Below the pieces are notes generated by a model. That model was given only the letters and a program-made list of their open reading frames with translations, had not been told where the DNA came from and made no database searches. Shown piece after piece: positions 1 through 9,701 of a DNA stretch of 64,000 bases. Numbering within the stretch: the stretch's first letter is position 1; each line of letters starts with the position of its first letter. The translations under genes were made by a program, and so were the position numbers. The stretch covers positions 62,473 through 126,472 of the IMG/VR virus record IMGVR_UViG_3300033148_004740; one strand, 5' to 3'. This DNA is from a virus.

Positions 1-1537
1 TAGCCGCACTCTTCTCAGATAAGACAAGTCTCTCGTGATAGGCTCTGGTCCATCCTAAGGGGAACAAAGGGAACACAGAAGACCTGATGAGAATGTCTTC
101 TGAACTGAAGTCACGCTTAGCTACCCAGTACTCTATACTTCCCCAAAATGGATAGAGCTCAGGGCTTGTAAAAGGTGTCTCAGCATACACAATCCCTCCC
201 GATCCATCCGTATAAGAACGGCGCTCTTTTGCTCTGATCCCTGCCTGTCCAACAATCTTACTTGTAAGAGGAGAAGAGACAAAAATCCCTTGTGACAAGT
301 ACTTAGCTATACCAATTCTAATGTTGTCAATGCCTGTAAGAAACTCGACGCCTTTGAATGTGATAGGGCCTTCACCATTAAACAAAGGTATTCCTACTGT
401 ATTCATAGCCTTAGAAGAAATAAGATCAGACAGCTGGGTCGTAGCGGCTACCTCAACGCTCAATATCTGCGAGCCCCCTCGGAGCGAGGCAATAGGATCA
501 AGAGCAATATCGAGGAAGGTAGACAACGAGGTTCTGTATTCAAATTGCAATGGAAGAGCATTTTCGTTTCGCAGAGTGAGGATTAGTCGTCTTGCAGAGA
601 TCTTGCGAAACTGTATTGAGGTTACACCTGATAACGAAACATCGATTTGCCCTAGAGAAACAGTTGTTCCCGTATCATCTTCAAAAGAGATAGACTCTAC
701 ATATATATCACGATGATGGACGGGTTCAATCTCGATATAGTTGACTTCTTTCCTTGTGCCTAGGTCGAGCTCGAGCTTCACCTTCATAGACTCAGGTTGA
801 CTAGAGAACAGGGTCGAGGTGACCCAATATGTTCCCGCAGTATTGTCAATCATCTTGTCTAGAGATGTTCCTGGGCGGTCTACTGAAATCTCTCCTTGGG
901 GAGATTCCGAATCAAAGATCTGTCGAATAGACCTGACTGGGTGAAAGATATTCCTCTCATATGGGAGAGTAAGGCGCTCACCCGATAGGTCAACGTGTGC
1001 GTCGAAGGTAGCTGAAATAGCCTTCTTGTTTCTTGGGTCAACGAAAAGTCCCTGTGTATCTACTTGTCGACCAGTGCGACCTTCCTTAGATTCACGGAAG
1101 GTTGAAAAGATAGCTGAGTCAAACCCTCTGCTATCACCATTGAGAAACTCATAGAGGTTTACCTTTGATTCAAGCTCGTCGACACCAGCTTTAAGATTCT
1201 TGAGAACTACGTCTCTAACAATAGCAACATGAGAAGACTGTACACTAGCGATATTATTAGCCTCTTCAAAGCCTGCACCAAGATCATCCTCGACTCTATC
1301 GAGCATGAAGTTGAACCGCTCCGAGTCAATAACCGAACTCTGTTCTCCAAGAAACAGTTTCAAAGAGGGGGTAAGGACAGTTCCTGTAAGCTCACGGACT
1401 AGAGAATCTAGCTCACGAGAGAACTCATCTATACTCTTGATTTGCCCCGTATTCTTCTTCTTGGTTAGAAGCTTCAAGATCTGGTCCGTCTGTCTCTTTC
1501 CCATGAGGCTACGGAACTTGTCAATATACTTACCCAT
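1..1537 (-). CDS. Large virion/baseplate-associated structural protein, 3'-truncated by the window edge (absent from the ORF track)
   Basis: ATG at 1537 overlaps the end of the 1530..1994 ORF. Manual translation (MGKYIDKFRSLMGKRQTDQILKLL...RLVLSEKSAA) stays open to position 2, about 512 codons. Same strand as the operon. Confidence 0.8.
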   Translation of the reverse strand, partial: MGKYIDKFRSLMGKRQTDQILKLLTKKKNTGQIKSIDEFSRELDSLVRELTGTVLTPSLKLFLGEQSSVIDSERFNFMLDRVEDDLGAGFEEANNIASVQSSHVAIVRDVVLKNLKAGVDELESKVNLYEFLNGDSRGFDSAIFSTFRESKEGRTGRQVDTQGLFVDPRNKKAISATFDAHVDLSGERLTLPYERNIFHPVRSIRQIFDSESPQGEISVDRPGTSLDKMIDNTAGTYWVTSTLFSSQPESMKVKLELDLGTRKEVNYIEIEPVHHRDIYVESISFEDDTGTTVSLGQIDVSLSGVTSIQFRKISARRLILTLRNENALPLQFEYRTSLSTFLDIALDPIASLRGGSQILSVEVAATTQLSDLISSKAMNTVGIPLFNGEGPITFKGVEFLTGIDNIRIGIAKYLSQGIFVSSPLTSKIVGQAGIRAKERRSYTDGSGGIVYAETPFTSPELYPFWGSIEYWVAKRDFSSEDILIRSSVFPLFPLGWTRAYHERLVLSEKSAA

Positions 1538-1994
1538 CTCGACTCCTAGAGAAGTACCAGTTGACCGGGTCAGGGAGACCAGGATTGTTTTCTAGGATCA
1601 ACCAGTTCCCTATGTCCTCAGAATGAATGACCTCAAGAGTATCACCAGGGAGCACAGAGCCTGCTGAGCCTGGGATATCAAGAACACGAAGCATGACCGA
1701 ATGGTCAGTTGAATAGATCTGCATCAGACGGTCGTTGGGACCAATGCGGCGAGCGAGTCGTCTAGCAATGAGGGTTGAGCCACTAGTGAATAATACGGCT
1801 TCGAACAAATCTGCTTGCCAAAATTCACCAGGCACGATACCTGACAATGCAATGTGTCGTCCAGCATGTGAGAGAGAGACAGATACCATGCTGTCCAAGC
1901 GGCCCTTGCTCCAGCTGGCTCTTCCGAGGTTGACGTCTGTATCGCTACCATGCTCTTCTGTTCCATCAGAAAAGTACTTTGTCCATCCATTCAT
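1530..1994 (-). CDS. Hypothetical protein, 154 aa
   Basis: TAATG stop/start overlap with the upstream gene; tiles the operon; no recognisable motif. Confidence 0.7.
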   Translation of the reverse strand: MNGWTKYFSDGTEEHGSDTDVNLGRASWSKGRLDSMVSVSLSHAGRHIALSGIVPGEFWQADLFEAVLFTSGSTLIARRLARRIGPNDRLMQIYSTDHSVMLRVLDIPGSAGSVLPGDTLEVIHSEDIGNWLILENNPGLPDPVNWYFSRSRDG

Positions 1995-2548
1995 TATGAT
2001 GTGTACGTGAAGCGAAGGCGCAGATCAAACTGCCTTGCTCCCGATGTCCCTTCGTTTGTAGGAGTAATAGATCTTATTTGAAAAGATGGCCAGGTTGTCA
2101 TACTAGCTGGAATGACGCCAGGGCTAAGCATCCATGCGTTCATGTCTGTTATCAGAATAACGCCGTTCGAAAACGTATCAGCTACGCCAGTTCTAACATG
2201 CTGACTCTTCCCGTGAGAAGGAGTCTTGTCGCCATAGGTAGGCCAAGAAGAAGCAAAGCCACCCTGGGTGTCCATGTTGATCTGGAGACCACCAAAGTCA
2301 GCCTCAGCTGCCTCGTCTCCCCAAGACACAATCTCAGAATAGTCCGCTGCAGCAGTAGCACCACCAGTATAGGAACCAGAGTACTCAGCTAGGTAGAGCC
2401 TACATCCCGTGATAGAGCTAACGCCATCATGTGAGATAAACAGTTGCTGGGCGGTAGCGGTACTGCCCGCACCTACACTCCCCAGGTTGACCGGTTCACC
2501 AACTGCGGCTCCTCCATTTGTTAAGCTCCAAGTGATGGAGACTGTCAT
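1994..2548 (-). CDS. Putative virion beta-sandwich structural protein, 184 aa
   Basis: AAGGAGGAG SD upstream; Ser/Thr/Gly-rich beta-strand pattern (QQLFISHDG, FQIRSITP, FDLRLRFTY). Confidence 0.6.
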   Translation of the reverse strand: MTVSITWSLTNGGAAVGEPVNLGSVGAGSTATAQQLFISHDGVSSITGCRLYLAEYSGSYTGGATAAADYSEIVSWGDEAAEADFGGLQINMDTQGGFASSWPTYGDKTPSHGKSQHVRTGVADTFSNGVILITDMNAWMLSPGVIPASMTTWPSFQIRSITPTNEGTSGARQFDLRLRFTYTS

Positions 2549-2558
2549 TGGCTCCTCC

Positions 2559-2882
2559 TTATGGGACAGTAAAGCTCATACCAAGAGCATCGGTAGTAGC
2601 TATTTCTACATACTTTACAATTACTTGATAACTCTTAGCTCTGGCCACTCCCATTCCCCAGGATGAAATTTCTTGTGGTCCAATTGGCTGAGGGACTAGA
2701 GCCTTGAAGTCACCGTTAACTAGTATACCCCCAACAACACTAATGTAATAGAGGGCACCATTGATCAGTCCAGTGATAACAAACTCGTTCCCAGCATCCA
2801 GATGATCAAGTGGAGACCCATTCGCTAGCGTCCATGGACCCTTGGGCGAAGTAGAGTAATAGATGTTGTACTTAAAATCCAT
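2559..2882 (-). CDS. Fibronectin type III-like virion accessory protein
   Basis: YNIYYSTS..GPWT ... FVITGLINGALYYISVVG matches the FN3 strand pattern (Y.I.Y ... GL..G..Y...V). Confidence 0.6.
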   Translation of the reverse strand: MDFKYNIYYSTSPKGPWTLANGSPLDHLDAGNEFVITGLINGALYYISVVGGILVNGDFKALVPQPIGPQEISSWGMGVARAKSYQVIVKYVEIATTDALGMSFTVP

Positions 2883-4833
2883 AACCTGTCCAAGAGATGT
2901 GAAGTCCAGAGCTTACCATATCCATCCCGCTTACTTCGATGTCGATACCATAGGCTTTTGCTACAGGGTAGGTCCCAAAGGCTACGTGCCTTTCGATTAC
3001 GTCCCTAACCTGATCTACCTGAAAACGACCACCAGCATCCTCGAGAACGCTTGCAGGCACTTCTACCATGAAGTTAGCATTGTGAGGATAAGGGATCCCA
3101 TCCCAACGGCCAATATCCCAGTACCAGCTAACCTCTGGCTGTCTGAGCTTGGCGTCATCTATCAGGTCCTGCCTAATCCCTCCGCCACGGCGGCGAACAT
3201 CTAGCCAGGTAATATCCTCAATGTCTTGGGCCTCTCCAATCGTCATGTCCCCGAGAACAAGATAAAGACCAGAGCCAACCACGCTAAGAGATTCTGTGAA
3301 AGTGAGCCAGGCCCCTGATGGCGTGACCTCCTCAGCCTTCCCGTCATAGTACATGTCGTTCCAGACACTTCCTACAAGCCAACCGCTCACAGTAACAAAG
3401 TCAGGGTGATCAGAGTCCGTAATCAGTCCAGTCTCATTTACACTTAGGTAATACAAAGTTTGGGTTGAGGGAGAGGCTAGGACATCTGGTTCTACAAACA
3501 GAACAGTCTTCAGAGGAATGATATTCCTGTTTAGTAGTGGGTTGAGATTGATGAGAGTAAACTCGTAGCTCTTTTCCTCATAGTAGTAGGTAGACTCGAG
3601 TACGTATGTGCTAAGGAGGGTGACTCCCTCAATATCTACAAAGCCTGTAGCTTTGTCAAAGCTCTTAATTCCTATACGACTAGATGTGTCCCAGTGTTTA
3701 TAAAGCTGGAGGTTGCTAGCTACTGTGCCCGCTAGAGAACTGTCTGTAGTAAACGCGGCTATACCTGCGCCAGTACTGTCATTCACAAGAATAGAGAGAT
3801 GGAGTTCATCGTCCACTACCACATCCCTATGGGCTAGTTTGATTAGCCGAGATGTCAGTATAGATGACATCTCCCCATCAATAAATTTGTATGGGACTTC
3901 AGGAAAGAAACTCTGGTCCAAAAATTGTGCTAGATGGTACCTATACTTGATCCCATCGATAGCCCAAAAGAATTTTCCGTTAGGGATACGGACATACCAC
4001 TGGTCAGTAGCAGTCGTCAGCGCTGGGGGTTGAACAGAAATCTTTGAATCTGAGATATGCTCGAAGGCATACTTTTTCACAGCCGGGAGACTAACCTCAT
4101 AACCATTCGGATCCTCATTAATAAAATAGACTTTACGTCCACTCTTGACCTGAAGAAACTCATCCAAATCCTCGAACGTTACTTCCTTATATACTAGCTC
4201 ATTGCTCAGAAGGTCAGTATACGTATAGATGTTGTCTCCGTTTCGTACACTGTACTTCACATAGTAGTATGTGAACCTGGAGGCTGACTCAAAGTCTGGA
4301 ACAAGATTGTTGTAAACAATACCTTGGTCTAGATCGATAGAGAGCTCAGAAAGAATAAGCACAGTAAAGTTGGAGTCGAGCACTTCAACACCAAGCAAAC
4401 TTACATCAGTAGCAAGGTCCCAGTCCTTATCAGAAGCATCCTCTCTGGGTAGTTTTTCGGTATCTATGACATGCCTATAGTAGAGAGGAGTATCCAGCAC
4501 TGTGCTTTCCGAGGCCACAAAGGTGTCTGTCAGCATAAAGTCCTGTGTCTGAACAAAGAAGGCTGAGGCGCTCTCCTTAACAACAGTCTGAGGATTTGGG
4601 ACTCTGTTAATCCCTATGGTCGTCGACTTGTCTATGATAGAAAGATTCCGAGTAGCAGAAACTTCATCTTCACAAGTAGCAAAAGAGATTGCTGCTGCGG
4701 CTGCTGATAAGGCAGGACGATAGACAATACTCTCTCTTCTCTTGGTGATGTTCAAAAATGAGTCTACAGACACAGAGCCAGAGACCTCGTTGACTGTAAA
4801 CTGTAGACCAAGAGAAGAATTACTATCTGACAT
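2872..4833 (-). CDS. Baseplate wedge / virion structural protein, 653 aa
   Basis: Acidic and beta-rich; lies in the baseplate cluster; C-terminal DVRRRGGG...YWDIGRWDG.PYP block resembles large-myovirus baseplate proteins (recalled, not searched). Confidence 0.55.
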   Translation of the reverse strand: MSDSNSSLGLQFTVNEVSGSVSVDSFLNITKRRESIVYRPALSAAAAAISFATCEDEVSATRNLSIIDKSTTIGINRVPNPQTVVKESASAFFVQTQDFMLTDTFVASESTVLDTPLYYRHVIDTEKLPREDASDKDWDLATDVSLLGVEVLDSNFTVLILSELSIDLDQGIVYNNLVPDFESASRFTYYYVKYSVRNGDNIYTYTDLLSNELVYKEVTFEDLDEFLQVKSGRKVYFINEDPNGYEVSLPAVKKYAFEHISDSKISVQPPALTTATDQWYVRIPNGKFFWAIDGIKYRYHLAQFLDQSFFPEVPYKFIDGEMSSILTSRLIKLAHRDVVVDDELHLSILVNDSTGAGIAAFTTDSSLAGTVASNLQLYKHWDTSSRIGIKSFDKATGFVDIEGVTLLSTYVLESTYYYEEKSYEFTLINLNPLLNRNIIPLKTVLFVEPDVLASPSTQTLYYLSVNETGLITDSDHPDFVTVSGWLVGSVWNDMYYDGKAEEVTPSGAWLTFTESLSVVGSGLYLVLGDMTIGEAQDIEDITWLDVRRRGGGIRQDLIDDAKLRQPEVSWYWDIGRWDGIPYPHNANFMVEVPASVLEDAGGRFQVDQVRDVIERHVAFGTYPVAKAYGIDIEVSGMDMVSSGLHISWTGYGF

Positions 4834-4844
4834 TTAAACCTCTT

Positions 4845-6638
4845 TTACGATTCCATGTTGGCTCCAGAAAGAATTCGCCAACGGCCATAAGTTCCACCAA
4901 AGTTTTCGGCGTCATATACGAACATACATATATGACCAGGCTGGAGGGTCCAGTCACTATCAACGAGGTCAAGCCGGTTTCCGTCAGCCGAGTCAACACT
5001 ATCATCTTTAAACGTTAATACATAAGCAGACTGGTTTAAAACTATAAGAATAGTGCCGGTTCTATTAGTCCCGACAAACCCAGTAATAGCAAAGGCCCCA
5101 CCAGCACCATTCGTAACCTGTAGATTCGAGGTGGTCACTGGAACATCATCGTTATCTCCAGCAGAAGGGACAAAGGTACAATGATCTATACCAAAAAGAC
5201 TATTGACCTGGACCGTCTTTGCATAACCCTGAATACTAGGCCCAGTAATGTCTCCAAAACAAACCTTAAAACTATCATTTGCTAGATCTTCATCAAGAGC
5301 TCGGCTTCGGTCAGCTAGAATAAGGTCACCAATCATGGCGTTATCTAGATTGTCTCGATGATAAGCACCAGAAGTTCCGTAGCTTCCTGCTCTACTAAGG
5401 AGAGAGGTATGGTCATCTCCGGCCCACCTTGAGCTTGGCCATTCGATACCAGACACAGGATAGGTCCCTGGATGCCCTGTATAGCTCTCACCTGGTGGGT
5501 TCAAGAACTTGAGCATCGAGTGCTCCATGGTTGCAGCAAAGTCACCCTTGTTCCCATGGTCATGGCTATAGACTGAGTTTGCTAATGTCCAGAAAGATCT
5601 AGACAGAGGAGCTCCAGCAGCAATCACAGATAGCTGTGTGGAATTGTAACTACTCTCTTGCTCATTAGTAGAGACATAAGCTTCCAGATCAGTACTGGCC
5701 GACTCAATAACAAAGACCCAACTATCTGAAGTCTTCTTAAAAATAGCATCAGCAATAACCTGGTCCGCTGCACGGTCCCAGAGATAGATAAATCCAGTTG
5801 GGAGAACGTCACCAACAGCAATCGCTCCCCACTGATCCTGTAGATCTTTAGGAAGGGCGTAACGATAGTGTTCATGATTTAGTGCATTAACGTCCGGGTC
5901 CTGCCAAAGTCTCTTATTCGCTTGAACAGTAGTATCGAAGTTGTCATCAACTCCACCACCATAATCTAAGGCATCTGGATATCGTTCAGGTCTCTCCCAC
6001 GAGCTAGAGAATGTGAGGGGTTGCCGTGGAGGAAAGTGTAGATAATAGATAGATCCAGACTTAGAGATACGACATCCCGTGTAGTCAGTTTGGCGGGAGT
6101 CTGGGACAACACCCGGTAAAGTCTCTGTTCCGACATTCCAGTCAGATGGGTCTACCGTATAGGTAACTGCTGTAGTCCCCGTGAGAGCAGAACCAAGACG
6201 CATTCGACCTGTCGAGTCGTCTACGAAATAATCGACAGCAGCATCAACTTCCCATGCGAGAGTCTTCTCTGTTGTGTACTGCTGATTCCAGGAGAACGCG
6301 CTTCCCGACTTTGGTTTGAATTGAAGATATACATCAGTCTCACCAGTAAACTTGTTGCCTACATTGTCTTCATAGAGGAACTCGCTAACAGAGGGAAACA
6401 GAGCTGGGTTAAGATAGCGCATCTCCCCCATGACCCTTGCGAGGCTAGTGATCTGCAAAGGAAAGTTGCTCATGACCGGGTCACCAGACTGGTTCCACAG
6501 ATCACCAACAGCCTTCTCGAGAACGTTAATACCCGTACGCCCTTGGCGAGCGACCGCAGTCAGCTTCGAGGGCGAAGGTTGTTCTCCTGCAGTAAAGGTA
6601 ATATCTAGCGGGGCTGTTGCCCTTAGTTTGTCAGCCAT
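4845..6638 (-). CDS. Tail-fibre-like / baseplate fibre protein, 597 aa
   Basis: N-terminal FTAGEQPSPSKL motif; C-terminal fibre-tip-like domain (ILIVLNQSAYVLTF...WTLQPGHICMFVYD...RWRI). Confidence 0.5.
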   Translation of the reverse strand: MADKLRATAPLDITFTAGEQPSPSKLTAVARQGRTGINVLEKAVGDLWNQSGDPVMSNFPLQITSLARVMGEMRYLNPALFPSVSEFLYEDNVGNKFTGETDVYLQFKPKSGSAFSWNQQYTTEKTLAWEVDAAVDYFVDDSTGRMRLGSALTGTTAVTYTVDPSDWNVGTETLPGVVPDSRQTDYTGCRISKSGSIYYLHFPPRQPLTFSSSWERPERYPDALDYGGGVDDNFDTTVQANKRLWQDPDVNALNHEHYRYALPKDLQDQWGAIAVGDVLPTGFIYLWDRAADQVIADAIFKKTSDSWVFVIESASTDLEAYVSTNEQESSYNSTQLSVIAAGAPLSRSFWTLANSVYSHDHGNKGDFAATMEHSMLKFLNPPGESYTGHPGTYPVSGIEWPSSRWAGDDHTSLLSRAGSYGTSGAYHRDNLDNAMIGDLILADRSRALDEDLANDSFKVCFGDITGPSIQGYAKTVQVNSLFGIDHCTFVPSAGDNDDVPVTTSNLQVTNGAGGAFAITGFVGTNRTGTILIVLNQSAYVLTFKDDSVDSADGNRLDLVDSDWTLQPGHICMFVYDAENFGGTYGRWRILSGANMES

Positions 6639-6650
6639 TACACACCTCTG

Positions 6651-9600
6651 TTATTCGTAGTATCCACTGATGAGATACTCGTTTGGATTGATATATGTTA
6701 CCTGGTCTATTTCTGATGCTACAGTGATCCCTGCTGATTTCAAGCGGAAGCCAAGTGGAATGTCACCAGGAGCCGCAGTTAACTCAATATGATCTAACCC
6801 AAGTGTTACTGAGTCTGCCTTATGGGTACGCCTAAACCAATTGATATAAGACTCTCCCACAAAATCATAGCCTGATACTGTCAAGGTTGTATTAGTAAGA
6901 CGAGCTCCATTTGAGAAACGGACTTCGTCATAAAGACCCAAGGGGGTTCCAATCGAATCAGTAGGATAACCAGCAAATATCCCTGAATCGGCACCATCGG
7001 CAATGGCGGCAGGACCACTAGTTAGCTCAACCCCTGAAGCTACCTCAATACCATCTATATGTATACCATATGAGAGGATTCCGCTAACAGAGGCACCATA
7101 ATAAGCAGGATCTATCTCGTCGAAGAGCCAAACCAATTTGTAGTGATGCCAGTCAAGTAACTCATCTCTAGAAGAGAAGAGATCATCAAGCTTGACTCCA
7201 ATCCAACCAATGTCATCATCTGATAGCTGCAGAACACAGCGCAAATAAGAGTCTCCAGTAGATGTCCATTTCCAGAAACCAAACAAAATTGTGTTGGAAT
7301 AACTCAGATTTCCCCAAGTATAGAGCAGCAACATGTCTGTCTTATCAGTATCTCCAACATAGAGCACGTTAGACTTGTAATTGAATTCAAAAGTTCCTTC
7401 TGCTCCTTGGTTTTCTGCTGCTGTCATAAGCCCTGAGGCTTGGAAGCATTGACCACTTGCCTGAACGTCATATGCTCCCTGAGACAGACCACTCGAAGTG
7501 GGGACTGCATCAATGTTTATCAGATTTAGTCCGTTACCAGACGAATCATTGGTATTCCCATCAAAGTGCCAGAGACCAATTGTTTCAATATCTTCTCCAC
7601 TAGTAGAAGTATAGGGAAGATACGATGCAATCATGTCTCCTGATCTCTCTTCAAGATAAGAACTATACCAGTCAGACTGAGTTGCTAAGATCTCTGTATC
7701 TATTACGTCATCAATGTCTCTGATCCTAGCTAAGACTCCACTAACAACATCGTCAATAGCAGAAACGTATTTGGTGCCGTTAGCTTCCTCGGTAATCAAG
7801 ATGTTCAGGTCAATAGTATTAGAGTAAATGCGTCGACCCGAGCGCTGGTTAACGACATATGCTCGAGCAGATGTACTTCCCTCAACAGCGACAAAGTATG
7901 ACTTGGTCAAGTTGATGCCAGGCTCTTCAAGAGCAGTGTCTGGAGTAAAAACTAAACTATAGACAGGGTCTTCATCTGAGCCTGTGTTGCTGATACTGTC
8001 TGAATATCTAGGACCAAGAGCAACACCAGTAAATGTTCCAGTACGAGGATCTATGATATCTTCTCCACTTACCGTAACCAGGGTTTTCTTACCTGTAGAT
8101 ATATCACCGACAGAGTAGGTCTCTGGTGTACCAAGCCCATGCATCTCTCGAAAGAGAATTTCATAGTCGATATCAGCCTGGCCGCTTACTGGCAAGTCGT
8201 TATCGTTCAAGTAGTCTGTGTAGTATGTCTCCAATCTGGCTTCTGGGATACCAAGGATCTTATCATCCTGCCATACCTTATAGACCCATACTCCACTAAC
8301 ACTAGTGGGCTCAGAAATACCACTCACTGAAACAGTTGCAGAAACGCCAGGATCAATGACAACATCTGTTGTGAACGTACCAATATCTTCAACAGTTGAT
8401 GGGGGACTATAGAGAGCAAAAGCTTTACCGCTTGCCCCCGTTGCTGAGCTGATTGAAGTCTCTGTCCCAAAGGTTCCAAGGATAGGAGCTTGTAGATCAA
8501 AGGTAACAGTCTGTCCCTCGAGTGCTTCGCCTGCTGAGTTCTTCACCGTAGCTACTAGACGACCGATATTGTTCCCAACATTGATCTGGTATGGACTTCC
8601 AGTCGGGAGCTCTGCGGTCAAAACGATAGAAGCTACTTCTGATTCAGCAGTCTGTACTTGAACGAACCCCTTGCTAAGAGCAGAAAGAGGATTCAGGTCT
8701 GCGTTAGAATCATTGATCCACTCCCCGGCAAAATTAGGTTCATAGAACACAGACTGGCCTGCCCAGTAGTGGACGACAATACGGTCACCTGCAGGAGGGA
8801 CGAGACTGACGTCTCCGAAGGCCAGGACACCACGTTCATTATCTATCCATACTTCTTGGCCACTTGAGGTGAACTCATCTAGACCAGAGATACTAGTCCA
8901 TTCAGTCAACATATCCGCATCGGAGTAAGACCAAACAGTAACCGTAGTATCCTCTGGGACAGGAGAGTAGACCAAATGAAACTGTTGTTCTACATCCCCT
9001 GATGAGATACCAACTAGCTCAAGACCAGAGACCTCGGTTACAGTAGGGGTTCCACCAGCTACACTACCAATCTCGTCGGTCCAGTCGTTGTTCAACCATA
9101 CGCGTGGAGGAGAGAAGTTTGTGGCATCTACCTTGAACTCAGGAGAGTCAGAGGTTGTAAGCTCGAGTCTCTTGCGGAAGTCGAGATCTGCATAGTGCTT
9201 GTTCTCAACCTTGTTGTATCTAAAGCGCCTAACCTGAATTGGGTATGTAGGCTTAGGGTCAAACTGCAGGTCAATGAACTGCAGACCACTTACCGTACTG
9301 TCCCTCAAGAAATCATGTGACTGATACTCATCACTGAAGAGGTACCACTCATCCTCATAGTTGTAGAAGTACCCGCTATGGACCCTGGGGACCCAAGCAC
9401 GCCAGTCGGATACGTACACAGGGAGTATTGTTGCTTGTGCTAAATCATCATTGTCTCCGTATCCCGACTGCCAAAGGTTGTCAGAGATACCTGAAGTAGT
9501 TGGATCCCAAAGGGTGGAAATTGTGGCAGAGGCCTGGAACTCCCTGTCGGTAGGCCAAGTACGCCTGTCCCACTGCCACCCTTGTATCTTCTTGTTCGAC

Positions 9601-9701
9601 CCTGGGTGCTCTTCGCTGACATAGATAGAGTTCTGTCCTACGACCGTACTAAAGGACGACCGAAAGACTGTGATCATTACGTCAGTATCTACGAAAGCCA
9701 T
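6651..9701 (-). CDS. Baseplate-associated adhesin with Ig-like (Big_1-type) and LamG/concanavalin-A-like domains, 1016 aa
   Basis: LVATVKNSAGEALEGQTVTF...TGASGKAFALY (Ig-like); GLWHFDGNTNDSSGNG...EGTFEF...WHHYKLVW...IHIDG...GLYDEVRFSNGAR (LamG-like). Confidence 0.65.
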   Translation of the reverse strand: MAFVDTDVMITVFRSSFSTVVGQNSIYVSEEHPGSNKKIQGWQWDRRTWPTDREFQASATISTLWDPTTSGISDNLWQSGYGDNDDLAQATILPVYVSDWRAWVPRVHSGYFYNYEDEWYLFSDEYQSHDFLRDSTVSGLQFIDLQFDPKPTYPIQVRRFRYNKVENKHYADLDFRKRLELTTSDSPEFKVDATNFSPPRVWLNNDWTDEIGSVAGGTPTVTEVSGLELVGISSGDVEQQFHLVYSPVPEDTTVTVWSYSDADMLTEWTSISGLDEFTSSGQEVWIDNERGVLAFGDVSLVPPAGDRIVVHYWAGQSVFYEPNFAGEWINDSNADLNPLSALSKGFVQVQTAESEVASIVLTAELPTGSPYQINVGNNIGRLVATVKNSAGEALEGQTVTFDLQAPILGTFGTETSISSATGASGKAFALYSPPSTVEDIGTFTTDVVIDPGVSATVSVSGISEPTSVSGVWVYKVWQDDKILGIPEARLETYYTDYLNDNDLPVSGQADIDYEILFREMHGLGTPETYSVGDISTGKKTLVTVSGEDIIDPRTGTFTGVALGPRYSDSISNTGSDEDPVYSLVFTPDTALEEPGINLTKSYFVAVEGSTSARAYVVNQRSGRRIYSNTIDLNILITEEANGTKYVSAIDDVVSGVLARIRDIDDVIDTEILATQSDWYSSYLEERSGDMIASYLPYTSTSGEDIETIGLWHFDGNTNDSSGNGLNLINIDAVPTSSGLSQGAYDVQASGQCFQASGLMTAAENQGAEGTFEFNYKSNVLYVGDTDKTDMLLLYTWGNLSYSNTILFGFWKWTSTGDSYLRCVLQLSDDDIGWIGVKLDDLFSSRDELLDWHHYKLVWLFDEIDPAYYGASVSGILSYGIHIDGIEVASGVELTSGPAAIADGADSGIFAGYPTDSIGTPLGLYDEVRFSNGARLTNTTLTVSGYDFVGESYINWFRRTHKADSVTLGLDHIELTAAPGDIPLGFRLKSAGITVASEIDQVTYINPNEYLISGYYE

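Noticed and set aside
1-1300. Apparent over-representation of CTAG and other palindromes
   Set aside because: A spot count of about 5 CTAG in 1.25 kb is near random expectation; a real claim needs a genome-wide k-mer analysis.
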